Source of the DNA: Octopus vulgaris
Taxonomy: Eukaryota
NCBI GenBank assembly: GCA_951406725.2
Contig: OX597820.1
Span: 28,458,001-28,522,000 of the forward strand
Reading direction: 5' to 3'
DNA: 64,000 bases
Positions 1 through 14,571 of the stretch are shown in pieces; the stretch's first letter is position 1, and the number at the start of each line of letters is the position of its first letter. The translations under genes and the position numbers were made by a program. The notes beneath the pieces were generated by a model. The model ran no database searches and had not been told where the DNA came from. It saw nothing but the letters and a program-made list of their open reading frames with translations.

Positions 1-92
1 TTATTAGAAATATGTAGAATATAACCCTGCTTATAATATTTCGTTTTAATTATTCACCTTTCAAATTCAGCCCCTGTATATATGGCTGCACA

Positions 93-150
<58 letters not shown>

Positions 151-254
151 TGTATAAATGTATGTATGTATGTATAAATGTGTGTGTGTGTATATAAAAT
201 TTATACGCGGAGGGAAGGCCATTACGTGCTAAAACGTGCTAAAATATCAGTTAA

Positions 255-329
255 TTCTATACTTCGATGTTTCACCATTAATGATTAAATAAATCAATTA
301 ATTAATCAATCAATTGATCTTCAGTAGAA
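255..329 (-). ncRNA. Type I hammerhead ribozyme motif
   Basis: Minus strand: uucua-CUGAAGA-(long AU-rich stem II region)-GAAAC-aucgaa-GUA-uagaa. Stem I uucua/uagaa pairs perfectly; stem II pairing is less clear. Confidence 0.7.
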
Positions 330-778
330 TGATGGGACATATAATTTTAAAACTTGAATATGTACTAAACACAAAGGAAGCAAGTGCATACTGAAGTTCA
401 TTGTAACACATCAAGAATCCAAATCAAATGATCTCAATCATCGTGCCGAGCCAGAATAATACAGCAGAGAATATATATTCAACAGTGAATTATCTGACCC
501 AAGATGCAAAATATTTATATATAAATATAAAAGGTAAACATTCTAAAGAATAATAATTTATACTAGTGGCTAGTATAAGTAACACATTCAGTAGATGTAA
601 ATATGTTTACAATATATATGAGTGTACAAAATTTATACATGGAGAGAAGAATACTATGTGGTCTTCTTGCATGCGAAAAAGGGCAGTCAAATTTCCAAAC
701 CACGAAGGAACATTTTTATTTAGAGGACTTTGAGTGTAAACCAACAGGACAATTTGAAAGAATTGAAATATCAGTTAG

Positions 779-868
779 TTCTATATTCCGAGGTTTCACT
801 ATTAATAATTAAATAACTCAATTAATCAATCAATTGATGACTTAACCATCCGTGGATCTTCAGTATAA
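779..868 (-). ncRNA. Type I hammerhead ribozyme motif (second tandem copy, partly decayed)
   Basis: Minus strand: uuaua-CUGAAGA-...-GAAAC-cucgga-AUA-uagaa. One mismatch in stem I and one in stem III. Confidence 0.55.
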
Positions 869-1019
869 TAATGGGATATATAATTATAAAATTCGAATAT
901 GTACCGAAACACAAAGGAAATACGTGCATACTGAGTTTCATTGTTACACATCAAGAATTCTAATCAAACGACTTCATTCATCATGTTGAGGCAGAATATT
1001 ACAGCAGTTGAATTTACAA

Positions 1020-1328
1020 GATACTGTTGAATTAGCATAGCGTTCAAAAGCCCACAACTCATCAATGCCCTGCCACAATAATTAAAGAACTAGACATCCA
1101 CCTTTCCACAATACTGGATGAAACAAGTGTCCGACATGAGGTACAGGCAAGGGCAGCGGAATCAAACTCCCTTATGCACCAAATTGGTCAACAGCTAGGA
1201 CAAAAGCACATACAGGAGTGGAGATGTGAAACACCCCAGACTAAAAACAATAGAACGACCACAGAGGTACTCTAGCATGACGGCAAAGGCATGGCTGAAA
1301 CGAGTAAATGTGTAAAGGAGTAAAATAG
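1020..1328 (+). mobile_element. 3' end remnant of a CR1/L2-like LINE with the SINE-A-type tail
   Basis: Degenerate translation SIAFKSPQLINALPQ...RAAESNSL.HQ resembles the ORF2 C-terminus seen at 17.1 kb. Ends in ggtactctagcatgacggca...ggctgaaacgagtaaa. Confidence 0.6.
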
Positions 1329-1339
1329 TATATGTATGT

Positions 1340-1700
<361 letters not shown>

Positions 1701-1706
1701 ATCCAC

Positions 1707-1794
<88 letters not shown>

Positions 1795-2524
1795 GCGTGT
1801 GCGTGTGCGTGTGCGTGTGTGTGCGTATACACACACATTAACCTATCTATAACCACAGATGTACATATTTCTCTAGCTTTCTTTCGCCAATATACATGTA
1901 TACATACATACAATCATACATACATACATGAATGCACACAAGCGAGTATATATATATATACACATTAATATATGTATGGGTATGTATACAGGTATGTGAA
2001 CGTGTTTTCTTTCTGTGTGTTTATATATATTATATAAAGAGTAGTCGTGAACGTAAGAGTGCAGAATCTGTAAATATGACGTATGCTTTCTCTTTGACGT
2101 TTTCCGTTTCTCTCATCAAAGCTACTCCTCTCTTATATATCATACAATTAATTAGCTTGATTTTTTGCCAAATACTTACAATTTTCTATCTTCTCACTTA
2201 AATGTTTCAGTTTTACAATGCATGTTAAAAGAAGATCCATTTCTTCAATTATTTGTAATATTCCGCTTTTTTGTATCAGCTTAGACATATATCATTCATA
2301 TATATCTTTTATATATAGCATCATTCTATTTACTCTGTTGCATTTCAAGTCATTAGAAGACGCTATTAACCTAAGAAATTTATTTGCGCATACACTTATA
2401 TACATATATATATATATATAAATACAATTTCATTCCAAGATTTATTTATGTTTAACAACTGAATGGATTTTAGAAAAGCATCTAAATATGTTGAGCACTT
2501 CTGTAGATATATGTCTATATTTTT

Positions 2525-2828
2525 ATGCACCCTTTTCAAGCGTAGCCAGGCTCATGGGTCCGGTTTCCCGGTTTCTGTGGCGTATGTGTCCCCCCCAGCT
2601 GGACGGAACACCAGTCCATTGCAACGTTACTCAAGAAACAGGAATAAAGAGTGACAGAAAGTTGGTGGCGAAAGAGTACAACAGCGGTGGCCACCACCCC
2701 CTGCCGGGGCCTCGTGGAGCTTTCGGTGTTTTCGCTCAATAAACACACACAACGCCCGGTCTGGGAATCGAAACCGCGATCCTCCGACCGCGAATCCGCT
2801 ACCCTAACCACTGGGCCACTGCACCTCC
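2525..2828 (-). mobile_element. tRNA-derived SINE (group C), apparently full length
   Basis: Minus: ggaggtgcagtggcccagtggttagg (A box) ... ggtttcgattccc (B box). Body motif gcaatggactggtgttccgtccag...gccacagaaaccggg recurs at 29.7 and 48.6 kb and resembles my recollection of the Meta SINE domain. Confidence 0.85.
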
Positions 2829-3255
2829 ACATACGTCTATATACGAATACATTTATCCAAACATTCACTCGCAATTTCCATTCTCGTGAATATGTGCCAA
2901 TTCATGCTACTCCACTCAGGAAATCTACAATCATGTCCATATATTAATACCTGTTTCTATTTACATCATTTCATTTAGAATCATGAGTTTATGTTTAAAA
3001 TAAGAATTTAATTCTATAGGATAAACTTATAAGGCTTCTTCATACATATATACAGATTTCTACTTAGCGTGATTCGTCAATTCACGTATAATTCTACTAC
3101 TATAGAAATACAATATATATTCTATAATTACACCTCGTAAGAGCATATAGGTTTATACCTAATGATGGATGTATCTGTCCTACAGGTGTATGACTTTTAT
3201 CCAGTCGATTTTAAATGCATATAAACTATTATGAAAGTAAATCACACACACACAC

Positions 3256-3300
<45 letters not shown>

Positions 3301-3306
3301 TGTATA

Positions 3307-3339
<33 letters not shown>

Positions 3340-3340
3340 A

Positions 3341-3480
3341 CAGGGTTGGCCTAAAGTCAAATGACAGTAAATCAAATACCATTTAATTCCAAGATTTATT
3401 TATGTTTAACAAATGAATGAATTCTAAATATGAAACTTCATGAAAATGTTTCAAACTGAAGTCCTTCTTGAGCGACTTCA
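3341..3480 (+). mobile_element. Probable left end of a Tc1/mariner-type MITE
   Basis: TA-cagggttggcctaaagt resembles the TIR at 12631. Internal ttccaagatttatttatgtttaacaa.tgaatg is also present at 2433-2466. No partner TIR found. Confidence 0.4.
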
Positions 3481-3559
3481 TTATTGAAATGAATAAATAA
3501 AATTGAATATTAAATATTTAAGGAATTTCGATTCATTGGTGACTTCCGGCTATGCCTGC

Positions 3560-3590
<31 letters not shown>

Positions 3591-3621
3591 ACACATAGAC
3601 AGATACACAAATACACACGCG

Positions 3622-3686
<65 letters not shown>

Positions 3687-3955
3687 TACACCATGGCACA
3701 GCGTTGGTGTAGATTGTAAGCACACTCGTAGCGAAAACAAAAACATATCGGTTCGTGCCCCACGCATACGGGAAAGTCTACTTTGTTGCCTTTGATGGCT
3801 CATATACTCCATTATTAGACTATTTTTGTTAGTCACTGAACGATAATCGCTTATAAGCTCTAAGCTTATAAAATACTATCGTGATTATTGACAGAATTGT
3901 CAAAATCGACGCTGCTTATCAAAACACATCGCAGCTGATCAAAACACACACACTT

Positions 3956-3992
<37 letters not shown>

Positions 3993-4027
3993 CTAATTTC
4001 ATCAATATAATGAAATTAATAATAGTA

Positions 4028-4210
4028 AGAAGAAGAAGAAGAAGGAGGAGGAGGAGGAGGAGAGGAGGAGGAATGGAGGAGGAGAAGAAGAAGAAGAAGT
4101 AGAAGGAGAAAAAGAAGAAGAAGAAGAAGAAGAAGAAGAAGAAGAAGAAGAAGAAGAAGAAGAAGAAGAAGAAGAAGAAGAAGAAGAAGAAGAAGAAGAA
4201 GAAGAAGAAG
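4028..4210. repeat. (GAA)n/(GAG)n purine microsatellite
   Basis: Long GAA run with GAG interruptions. Confidence 0.97.
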
Positions 4211-4867
4211 GACGTCAATAACAATATTTTTATAAGTAAATAAATGATTGTTATAATCTTAATTATCAGCAGTTGCTTCCAAATTTCCAAAATCAATGAT
4301 TACAAGTGATCAATGATTACCTTTTTACTTTAGCAATTTCGGAGTGCTTGTTAATGATGCCTCTTCCAAGCCTAGCGTACCTCATTCCGAGTATGCCTTG
4401 TTCAAGTCTGCGTTTCGTGTCATCGGTCATGTCTTACTGTATTATATCACTTTCTATTTGAAGTTCCAAATTAAGTCAGCAAGTTATGTGAATTGTCTTC
4501 TGCAGATGTTTCTATATGATGCAGTGTGAGCTTTTTTATCAACTCTTGAATATGTCGCTTGTTGCACCTTTTATGCATGTGCACTGATTTTTACAGTACA
4601 TTTGTATGTAATGTTTTGATGCAAGCATTTGATAGGGGACATGCTTTGCTATCTCTGAAATTAAAATTTCATACTGTACTGTTTCCACCTAGGTTATTAT
4701 TGCGTTATTCTATTCTAGATTTGCCTCCGTAGTGGCACTGTTGTTTTTATTGATATATATATATATATATATATATTGTTTCTGTCAGCATTGTTATCCT
4801 CAATGTAATTATTATTATTATTGCTTACTCCATTTCTCTCGTTATTTATATAACACACACAGACACA

Positions 4868-4981
<114 letters not shown>

Positions 4982-5204
4982 TATATATACTCCATTATTA
5001 TAGTTATTCCTTTTTGAGGGATCCACTCTATCTTAGAATATTTTTAGTATTTGTGCTTGCGGGTTTCAACACCCTATTGTTAACTTTATAAATTTACTAT
5101 TCCAGGTAATTTGATATTGCATTTGATAGTATCATCATATGCTTATTTAAACTTTTGGTGGTATCAACTAAATTTAGAGAACTGTCTATCTAACGCGGAA
5201 AAAA

Positions 5205-5838
5205 TGGGTGAAACTAAACGCAAAGGAAATAGACAAAGCAAAATCCAAACAATGGCTCAGGACTCAAAGCAGAAACTGAAGGATTTTTAATTGCAGCACA
5301 AGACCAGAACCTCCCCACCAGAAATAACCAAAATCATATATTGAAAAGAAACATAACCAGTAACTGCAGAATATGTGGAGATGGACAAGATTGTTTCTGA
5401 CCGCCCAGTCCCGGCGAAGAAGGAATTTATTCACAGACACAACAGAGTTGGTACCTATATACACTGGAAGCTATGCCAATACTATGGAATAACAAAAGAA
5501 AAAAGATGTTATAGGCACACGCCAGAAAAGGTCACAGAAAATGAGACAGCAACCATACTCTGCGATATGCCAATACACAGAGCAGTTAAGGCCAATTTTG
5601 CCGGATATAGTTGTCAGAGATCACCAAGAAGAAATACTTTCTAATCGATGACAATGTTTCTCTAAAGGAAACGAGGAAACTTTCAAAATACAAAGACCTG
5701 GAAATAGAGGTAACTCAAATGCGGAGTCTATAAACAGAAACAATTCCTATCATTATAGGCGCATTAGGTATGATTCGAAAATATTCAGACAAATACATAA
5801 CAAAAACACCAGGACTTACAAGTATATATATAATTATA
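5205..5838 (+). mobile_element. R4/Dong-like non-LTR retrotransposon fragment (CCHC zinc finger + restriction-like endonuclease), frameshifted
   Basis: Translation pieces GLKAETEGFLIAAQDQNLPTRN, CRICG, HRHNRVGTYIHWKLC, PDIVVRDH, KLSKYKDLEIEV, IPIIIGALG. Same family as 39621-40035. Confidence 0.85.
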
Positions 5839-6084
5839 TATGGAAGTGTTAAGATGAGCTACAGCAAATATTCTGATCAATACTATAGATTTGCTTGCCT
5901 GTTGCTTAAAATTAACCACTTGCGCATGTCCCTTGATGGCTGACAGTATGTGAGCTCTGATCACGAGCAGAAGTAGTGGGGGAGCATCATAGCCATGTGC
6001 TAAGAGGAATTCTTTGGGGTTTAGATAATTTACCTCTGGGAACATGGGTGTTTTATTCATCATCCTTAAACAACATGCATATTT

Positions 6085-6240
6085 CTTCTTGTGACACAAG
6101 ACCGTAAGTTTTGAGGGGAGGGCATACTTGGATTCCATCGGCTTTTAGTACATGTCTGGTACTTTATTTCAACGAGTCCGGGTTGGAGGCAAAGATGAAT
6201 GGCAAAGTTAAATTTGGCAGGAATTGAACTCATAACGAAA
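6085..6240 (-). mobile_element. Degenerate SINE-B fragment
   Basis: ctggtactttattt...gatgaatggcaaagtt...ggcaggaattgaactc matches the reverse complement of the SINE-B core and B box. Confidence 0.55.
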
Positions 6241-6423
6241 GTATCGGAAGAGTTACTGCAAGGTATTCGTACCAAGAAAAGCAAGAATGAACGAAAGTTA
6301 GAAGACTAGTAAGAGCGGAAAGGAGGAGAGCAGTAGAATGTAGGAGAGCGAAAGGACGTGAGCGCTAAGAAAACAGGAGAGTGGCGGAAGGAGCAGCACG
6401 ACAGCAGCAACAAATCATTTCAT

Positions 6424-6494
<71 letters not shown>

Positions 6495-6591
6495 GCATAC
6501 ATACATGTATATATATATACTCATACATACATACAGATATATGGATATATATATATATTTATGTATGTATATGCATACATATATGTATATA

Positions 6592-6624
<33 letters not shown>

Positions 6625-6707
6625 ATATGTATGTATGTACATACATATATGAATATATACATATTATATATATAAATATATATATACACCCACGCACCCA
6701 CACGTAC

Positions 6708-6741
<34 letters not shown>

Positions 6742-7126
6742 ACGTGTGTGCATGTGTGTGTGTTTGTGTGTGTAACAATGACGTTGATGACGACTATGAT
6801 GACAATGACACTAGGGTCATCACCATCGCCGTTATGATTGCGGAGACATATCAGAATGATGCAGGACATAGGGGGAGAAGGTTGAGGAGCTGGAAACGGA
6901 AGAAGAAGGAAAGACAATGAAAGAAAGAGGAAATAAAGGAGAAGATAGAAGAAGGTAAAGAAAAAGTGTAGACTGGAGGAGATAATAATAGTGAGTAGGC
7001 AAACATACTTTCACTATAAATAGAATTAAAACTACTAAGTTTTCCTTTTATCGATTAAAACTAAGATTTGACAGCTCAAAACGGACTTTTTGAGTTGAGA
7101 ATAAAGTGGTATTAAAATGCTGTTTG

Positions 7127-7169
<43 letters not shown>

Positions 7170-7198
7170 TAATAATAATAGTAATAATAATAATAATA

Positions 7199-7289
<91 letters not shown>

Positions 7290-7310
7290 CAACAACAACA
7301 ACAACAACAG
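7127..7310. repeat. (AAT)n/(AAC)n microsatellite
   Basis: About 60 trinucleotide units; source of the poly-N/I/L pseudo-ORFs. Confidence 0.98.
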
Positions 7311-7555
7311 CAATGACAAAACTGTCTTCGTCGTTATAATTACAATCATCTTGATGATTTACGTTGTGAACGATGTCGGACGTTTAAATAAGGCTGTGTT
7401 ATTTTTAAAGTTCTCTGTTACAACGATTATAAGTTTGAAAAACTTTCATTATTTCTTGTTCTACAAACATGCTGCTCGCGCGTGGCTCTGTTCACTTCTT
7501 TTCAGTCTGTCTTTCCCTCTGTCTCTGTCTGTTTTTCTCCCCAAGTCTGTCTTTC

Positions 7556-7626
<71 letters not shown>

Positions 7627-7643
7627 CTGTCTGTCTATCTGTA

Positions 7644-7716
<73 letters not shown>
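7556..7716. repeat. (TTTC)n + (TC)n microsatellites
   Basis: Visible directly in the sequence. Confidence 0.97.
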
Positions 7717-7718
<2 letters not shown>

Positions 7719-7808
7719 GAGTGTCATTCTTTTCTACAACCCATATGAAACGGATGTTAGCGATATAGATATGTGCGTGTGTGTATTATGTATGTATATA
7801 TGTATATA

Positions 7809-8128
7809 GGGTAAAGCGTCATGAGCAAAAGGTAAAGACCCCTTCTATCGTGATTGACCACGCAGAAGTCCAGGCAAGGCCGTTTATGAAGACCAGCAAT
7901 CGGGTCGCATACCAGCCTCCTCTCATCACTCCACCGATGTTATCCAAGCGTAAGGCAAGGGCCAATATAGCTTGGCACCAGTGACGTCGTAACTCATTCC
8001 TACAGCTGAGTGGATTGGAGCAACGTGAAATAAAAGTGTCTTGCTCAAGAACACAACCCACAGCCTGGTACAGGAATCGAACGAACAACCGCACGACTGT
8101 AAGCTCGATGCTCAAACCTCTGAGACAT
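7809..8128 (-). mobile_element. tRNA-derived SINE (group C; CORE-like centre, distinct 3' tail)
   Basis: Minus: B box gttcgattcc, then gtgttcttgagcaagacacttttatttcacgttgctccaatccactcagctg (CORE-like block shared with 21.0, 29.7, 44.7, 48.5 and 51.9 kb). Confidence 0.8.
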
Positions 8129-8185
8129 ATATGAGACATATATGAATCCCTCTACATACACACACATATATTGTAGTAATTTATT

Positions 8186-8385
8186 CATTTCAAATTTTTG
8201 CACACAGCCAGTAGATTCGGTAGATTCTATATACCCGGTGTTCGACGTGTATGTATTTTATCGAACCTGAAATGATGAAAAGCAAAGTCGAGGTGGGCTG
8301 CATTTGAACTCGGGAAGTTTAGACGGACGAAATGCTGCTAAGCATTTTGCCCAGTGTACTGACGATTCTGCCAGCATATCACCTT
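8186..8385 (-). mobile_element. SINE-B monomer with probable target-site duplication
   Basis: Reverse complement of the SINE-B head and core. Flanks atattgtagtaatt and atattatagtaatt. Confidence 0.8.
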
Positions 8386-9054
8386 TCATATTATAGTAAT
8401 TATAGTAATATATTGAGTGTAGAACTAGATGTACGACTTCTAGTATTATGCATAGAGCTCCACGTAGATTATCGCCATCCAGTTTGCTTCCAGTATGGTG
8501 ATTAAGTGACTACAATACATATTAGTTTAAATAATTATGTGATACAGAGTAAATGTAGGAGAAATTAAGATAAACAGAGGTTTATATTATTAATTCTTTT
8601 GTCAATTTCATTATTATGGTTGCTTGAAACCCTGCCATGCGTGTTCCCAAGAGCATTTGAATGCTTAACCAGAAGGGACGATCTGGGAACACTTTATTGC
8701 ATTTTGTTACTGAGAAATAGGTCAAGATTTGGGCCAATGGCAACGCATTTTATTTTCAAGTATTTTGAAGGGGAATATAGAGGGAAAACAATGTTTTCTG
8801 TAACTTAATGTAATGATTTTACATATATACACATACACCCAGACAAATCGCGCATCCATGTATGTATGAGTGCGTATGTATATATATGTATTTATGTATA
8901 TACGTATGTATGTATGCGTGTATGTATGTACATGTTTGTGTATATGTATGTATGTTGCTGAAAATCAAGTATGAATGTCCTCGTATTTTTTGCGTGTTTG
9001 TGTGTGTCTGTGTCTGTGTACGTATGTGTGTGTATTTGTGTTTTTGTTGGTGCT

Positions 9055-9245
<191 letters not shown>

Positions 9246-9889
9246 ATAGATATACATAGATATATATATATATAGAGAGAGAGAGGGGGGAGGTGGAGTG
9301 AGAGGTAGAGTGATAGAAAGTGAGAGAGATTGAGAGGGAGAGAGAGAGAGATTCGTTTGTGAGTGTGTGGTGTGTGCCTATATGTATGTGCGCGCGAGCG
9401 TGAATGTTTAGTTATCTGTCTCCTCCAATGTATAATTCATTGAATAAAGGTACTCAACTAGATTTAGCATATTGTTGCTAAACTATGAAAGTGTTTACAA
9501 CATACAATGTTTGACAAATGACATGTATCTTCTAATCTTCTTGCAAGCAGCTAACGATACGCTATTGTCCACCATGTTTTAGATCAGATTTCCTTCAAAT
9601 ATAAAAATATATTGATTTCAATATATTTGCTTGGTTTGGATAAAAATACAATCGAAGTAATGTTGGTTCTTATTTTAGTCAGTTCAATTTTATTGACTCT
9701 ATAGCTATTTAAAGCAAAATGGATTCCAACGGTCTCGAATTTAGAGATTACGAATCTGAGACTTCAAAGCTTTTTCAACTCACTTAAGTTGTCCATGTGA
9801 TTGAAAAGTTTGCTTTGCACTGATGCTGTACCAGTTTCAATTCCACTTTAGCAATTGCTTGGTTTCTCTGTTAATCTGAGTCTTTTTTT

Positions 9890-10088
9890 AAAGCTTACGA
9901 GTTAGCAGGCCCTTTAGCGCGCCGAATAAAATGCTTGGCAGCATGTCGCCCGTCTTTACGTTCATAGTTCAAATTTCGCCGAGGATGATTTTTTCCTTTC
10001 ATTTTTTCGGGGTCGATAAAATAAGAACCAGTGATGGAATCGACTTGTGTTCCCCTTAAAAAGTGTTAGCTCTGTGCCAAAATTTCAA
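9890..10088 (+). mobile_element. SINE-B monomer (diverged)
   Basis: gttcaaatttcgccgagg...cctttcattttttcggggtcgataaaataagaaccag...gtgccaaaatttcaa. Confidence 0.8.
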
Positions 10089-11037
10089 TGAGTTTTCTGA
10101 GAAAAATTACAATTTAGAAACGTTTTCTGAAGCCTGCTGAATGGATTAAATGAATATTTTGATTAGTGTTATACTTAATCTGTCACTCAATTTTATAGTT
10201 CTTTGACCTTATATGGCCGTTATATGTTTTTATTCTGTTATAAGCAGCACTCTTGTTCGGCATCCGGTTTTACAGTATGTCATGTCTCACTGTTTAACCT
10301 CCGTTTCTATCCACCAGTTTCGGAGATAATGCACAAAGGTCATGTGTACCTGTGTGCTACCCGTTTTCCTTCCATCTAAGCTATTAAAAGTAGAATTATA
10401 TGAATATGACAAAAGGTCGTGCGTCATTCTACCAATACATTTCTGCCACTCTCAGATACCGAAATAGAGTGGGAAAGGGGATTTGCTATTGAAAGATATC
10501 TGAGTCTAGTAGTGGAGCTGACCAGATGTTTCCCTTGAAATGTTGAAGCGTATTTAAAGTATGTTTTTACCAAAATTACAAAATTAACAATAACAATAAG
10601 AAGGGTCTATGAAATAATTGTCTGCTCATGGGTTTTCAGGAACTAGGCTTTGGTCTACTAGGTCGTATAAAAGCTGCTGATTGACCACAAGAAGTCACTG
10701 TAGCAGCTAAATGAGGACTGCTATTCAGTTTCTTAATATATCAAAATGCGACGTCAGGCTGAAGTATCATCCTATGTTTTAACACAACCGTCTTTGAATT
10801 TGCTTTGTTTTTTTAAAATATTTTTAGTAAAACGTAAAAGCATGAGAAAGTAAATAATTTTAAACAGATTCACAATCTATGGAATATATATTTCATTGCC
10901 TCACACATAATTTAAATACTGTTATTGATTATAAGTTTTGAAAACTTTGAGTTTAGTTTAACATTAATTATTTATGAAAAAGTAAAACTCTGGTCACACT
11001 TTAAAAGAATAAAGTAGGGAAAGATAAAAGAAATTCC

Positions 11038-11200
11038 CAGGTGTGGCTGTGTAGTAAGTAGCTTCCTTACCAACCACATGGTTTCGGGTTCATTCCCACT
11101 GCGTGGCACCTTGGGCAAATGTCTTCTACTATAACCTCGGGCCGACCAAAGTCCTGTGAGTGGATTTGGTAGACGGAAACTGAAAGAAGCCCGTCGTATA

Positions 11201-11257
<57 letters not shown>

Positions 11258-11476
11258 AAATTTTTGTGTGTCTGTGTTTGTCCCCCTAGCATTGCTTGAC
11301 AACCGATGGTGGTGTGTTTACGTCCCTGTAACTTAGCGGTTCGGTAAAAGAGTCCGATAGGATAAGTACTAGGCTTCCAAAGAATAAGTCCTGGGCTCGA
11401 TTTGCTCGACTAAAGGCGGTGCTCCAGCATGATCGCTGTCAAATGACTGAAACAACTAAAAGAGTAAAGAATAAAG
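11038..11476 (+). mobile_element. SINE-A (tRNA-derived, internal (TA)/(TG) microsatellite), near full length
   Basis: A box tggctgtgtagt, B box ggttcattccc, accttgggcaa block, gacggaaactgaaagaagcccgtcg, internal microsatellite, tail ggcggtgctccagcatg...actgaaacaa. About 10 copies in the window. Confidence 0.93.
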
Positions 11477-11570
11477 ACTATATGAATGTCTAATGACTAG
11501 CTTAGACTCTCAACACGGGTTTAATTGTATAACGCATGAAATCCTACTCATTTTCAATCGCCGAATATTA

Positions 11571-12082
11571 TCATAAATCCTCGTGTAAAATCCGCATATT
11601 TTTCCCAAAATTTAAAGGTCAAAATCCCTAGTGCGTTTTATATACGAGGTTAAAAATGAAAATTGTTTTCTAAGCAATGTCCGAGTCTCTATTTGCTCTC
11701 CGGCAATGTTTATTCAGACGCATTTTGTGATGTCGGGCGCGAAAATACCTTAAGCTAAGCCTGAAAGCAATGAAGTCATAAAAGAATCATCAATAACTTG
11801 CAGCAAGCAACATTTATTAAACGTTACTACTGTTATTTCTTTATTTTCTGCAAACAAAATGCACAAAAAAGCTACATGTTTGCATTACGTTATATATACA
11901 AAAATAATAATGGACGTTACCGTATATAGTTTTCCAAACCAAGGACGTTATATAGACCTCCTTGACTTAAATTAGAGAATGGGTGTGTATTATACACAAG
12001 GGTTAGGTTTTTTAGAGGTACAGCCCCTTAAAATTCCCCTGCGTATTATACTCAAGGGCGGACTATATTCGAGGATTTACGG
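11571..12082. mobile_element. Non-autonomous DNA transposon (TcMar Tc2/pogo-like MITE)
   Basis: Imperfect ~25-bp TIRs tcataaatcctcgtgtaaaatccgc and gcggactatattcgaggatttacgg. TA on the left. Subterminal repeats gcgttttatatacgagg and gcgtattatactcaagg. Confidence 0.75.
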
Positions 12083-12630
12083 CATTGTTTAAATAAGCTA
12101 CACAGTAATTTTTTTTCAAGTAGTATAACAGGGAATACCTACCTATGAGTTCTCGGAAATTGTTGCCAGGGATAGAATGGGATAAATATATGCACAAGCA
12201 ACACTGTACAGCGCAAATGTGCGCCTGCACATAGACACATTGCCAGACCTGATGGGAGAGAAGCGTACCAATGACTTGGTCACCTATAGATAGCGTTCTT
12301 CTGCGTTTCTTTTCCTGATTAGGTGTCCACAACTAAAATCACGGTTACGGTGAGTTTTAAATGAAGAATGAAAAAAATGAAAAAGAGAAAATTAATGAAA
12401 ATTCGAGTAAATTTATGCTTAACAGACTCTCGAATGTAGCAGACAAAATTACTTTATGTCGAATATGTATTCAGCGTGGTCGCGGCCATTTTGAATCTTA
12501 TATTAAATTGAATAACATTGTTGATTAAAAAGTAAACAACATACGCTTGATACATTTGTGCATAGTCTGATAAAATGCTATTAAATCACCGGAGCAGGAT
12601 TGAATACAAGACACCTATACACAATATATA

Positions 12631-12864
12631 GAGGGTGGCCCAAAAGTAGGTTTGCAGTTATCACGTAGGCATATTAAATTCTTTTTAAAACATCTTATTA
12701 TATTTAGATTTCTATCTTACAAACTGTAAAGGGAGCTTGACAAAATTAATTAAATTAGCATAGAATAATGGTTTCATATTATTTTATAATTAAGATCTAA
12801 GCTGTTATATATGAATGCGAAAGAGATAGTTGAATAATTGTAAACTTACTTTTGGGCCAGCCTG
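12631..12864. mobile_element. Tc1/mariner-type MITE
   Basis: TIRs gagggtggcccaaaagtaggtttgcagtt and aattgtaaacttacttttgggccagcctg, with TA on both sides. Confidence 0.85.
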
Positions 12865-13335
12865 TATCCCATTATACACACAAACACACATACATATTTT
12901 TATATATGTATATTTACAGAGACACATATACACACACATATGAGAATGGTAATAGAAAGAACACGTGTACAGGCAACAGATATATAAAGATAGAAAATAG
13001 ATAACTATAGATATAGTCGAAGATGTAGATACACACACAGGTAGACATACACACATACACACAATCTCCTATTCACAATCTCCGGTCACTGTACTTTTAC
13101 AACGAAATTTGAGAAAAATATTTAAACGGACGAATGAGCGTATGCATGTGTGTTTATGAGTGAGTGAGTGAGTGAGTAAGTAAGTGAGAGAGTGAGTGAG
13201 TGAGTGAGTGAGTGAGAGAGTGAGTTTATATGTGTCTGTGCTTATAATAAGTGTGTATTTATAATCAAACACATTTATATGTAGACGGAAACAAAACAGG
13301 AAAGAAATGTAGGAAAAGAAGACGGTCTGCACATG

Positions 13336-13386
<51 letters not shown>

Positions 13387-13393
13387 CATATAT

Positions 13394-13436
<43 letters not shown>

Positions 13437-13451
13437 AATGCATACATATAT

Positions 13452-13538
<87 letters not shown>

Positions 13539-14571
13539 ATACATATATATTATAAATATGTGTGCAAGTCAGTGTATGTATATATATATATATATACATG
13601 TATGCGTTTATTTTCAAAATAAATTTATGTTTATGTGTATGTACGTTTTTATGTAATGTTTAATGGAATTCTCGTATTTTTTTTCTCGTAGTCATATGAC
13701 AAGTCTGAAGAAATTAACAAGTAACCTGACTAAATTCAGAAATTATCGGAAAAACGCATTTATTACAATACAAGTATGTACGTAAATACATGTATATACA
13801 TAAATACACACATATATGAATATACATAGATACACACACACACACGCACACACACACATACACACACATATATATATATATCTTCACATATATAGATATT
13901 TGCATACATAATGTGTCTATATGTATGCATATATGTATACAGTGTTCGTGTGTGTATATGTAACTATGTGTGTATGTGCTTGTGTGCGTTTGTGTGTCTC
14001 TACGCGTGTGCTTATGTCGAAGCATTAGTACTATATCTGATCTCAAGGAGACAACGTTCTTTCGTTATGTTTAATCACAAAAGAAGTTGTTAAACGTTGA
14101 CCTTTTAGAAATATTCTAACACATTTAAGACGTTCGTAGCAGACAGAATACTAACTCTTTGTATGCGATATCGTCTTCTGCAAATATTGTTCCGTATTTT
14201 TTTGAAAGTATGCGCAAATTTGAATGGACTTCCAAGGAGGTTATTATCGTTTTCTTCCACAAAGCTGCATTTCCTTCTCCATTTCTTTTTAGCATTTTTT
14301 ATATTTATTTATTTAATTTAATTTTTTTTTTTTTTTGGCTGGATTATGATATCAAAAATTGTCTATGTTTACTTTTTGTAGTATATACAGGCGTGCAGTG
14401 GAAGATTTCATTGTGGTTTCTAGACTATCGAGCGTGATCAAAATGTTTTATGGACCATAAATCTACTTAGGCGTATATTATCTAAATGTTTTCTGTCTTT
14501 CTTTAATACATTGTTGTGTGATTTGAAGTTGGTTTGACAGTAAGAAGTCAAACTCGTCCTTGTAGATATAT

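Larger units (their letters stand above)
196..1013 (-). repeat. Diverged tandem duplication (copies ~196-471 and ~628-1013) of a hammerhead-bearing element, PLE pseudo-LTR or retrozyme-like
   Basis: Both copies begin aaaatttatac. They share the block atatcagtta.ttctata...gtttcac.attaat...gatcttcagta...acacaaaggaa...gtgcatactga...acacatcaagaat...tacagcag. Confidence 0.8.

Noticed and set aside
2760-2828. tRNA gene (also considered for other SINE heads)
   Set aside because: A and B boxes are present, but there is no closing acceptor stem and each head continues into a repeated SINE body.
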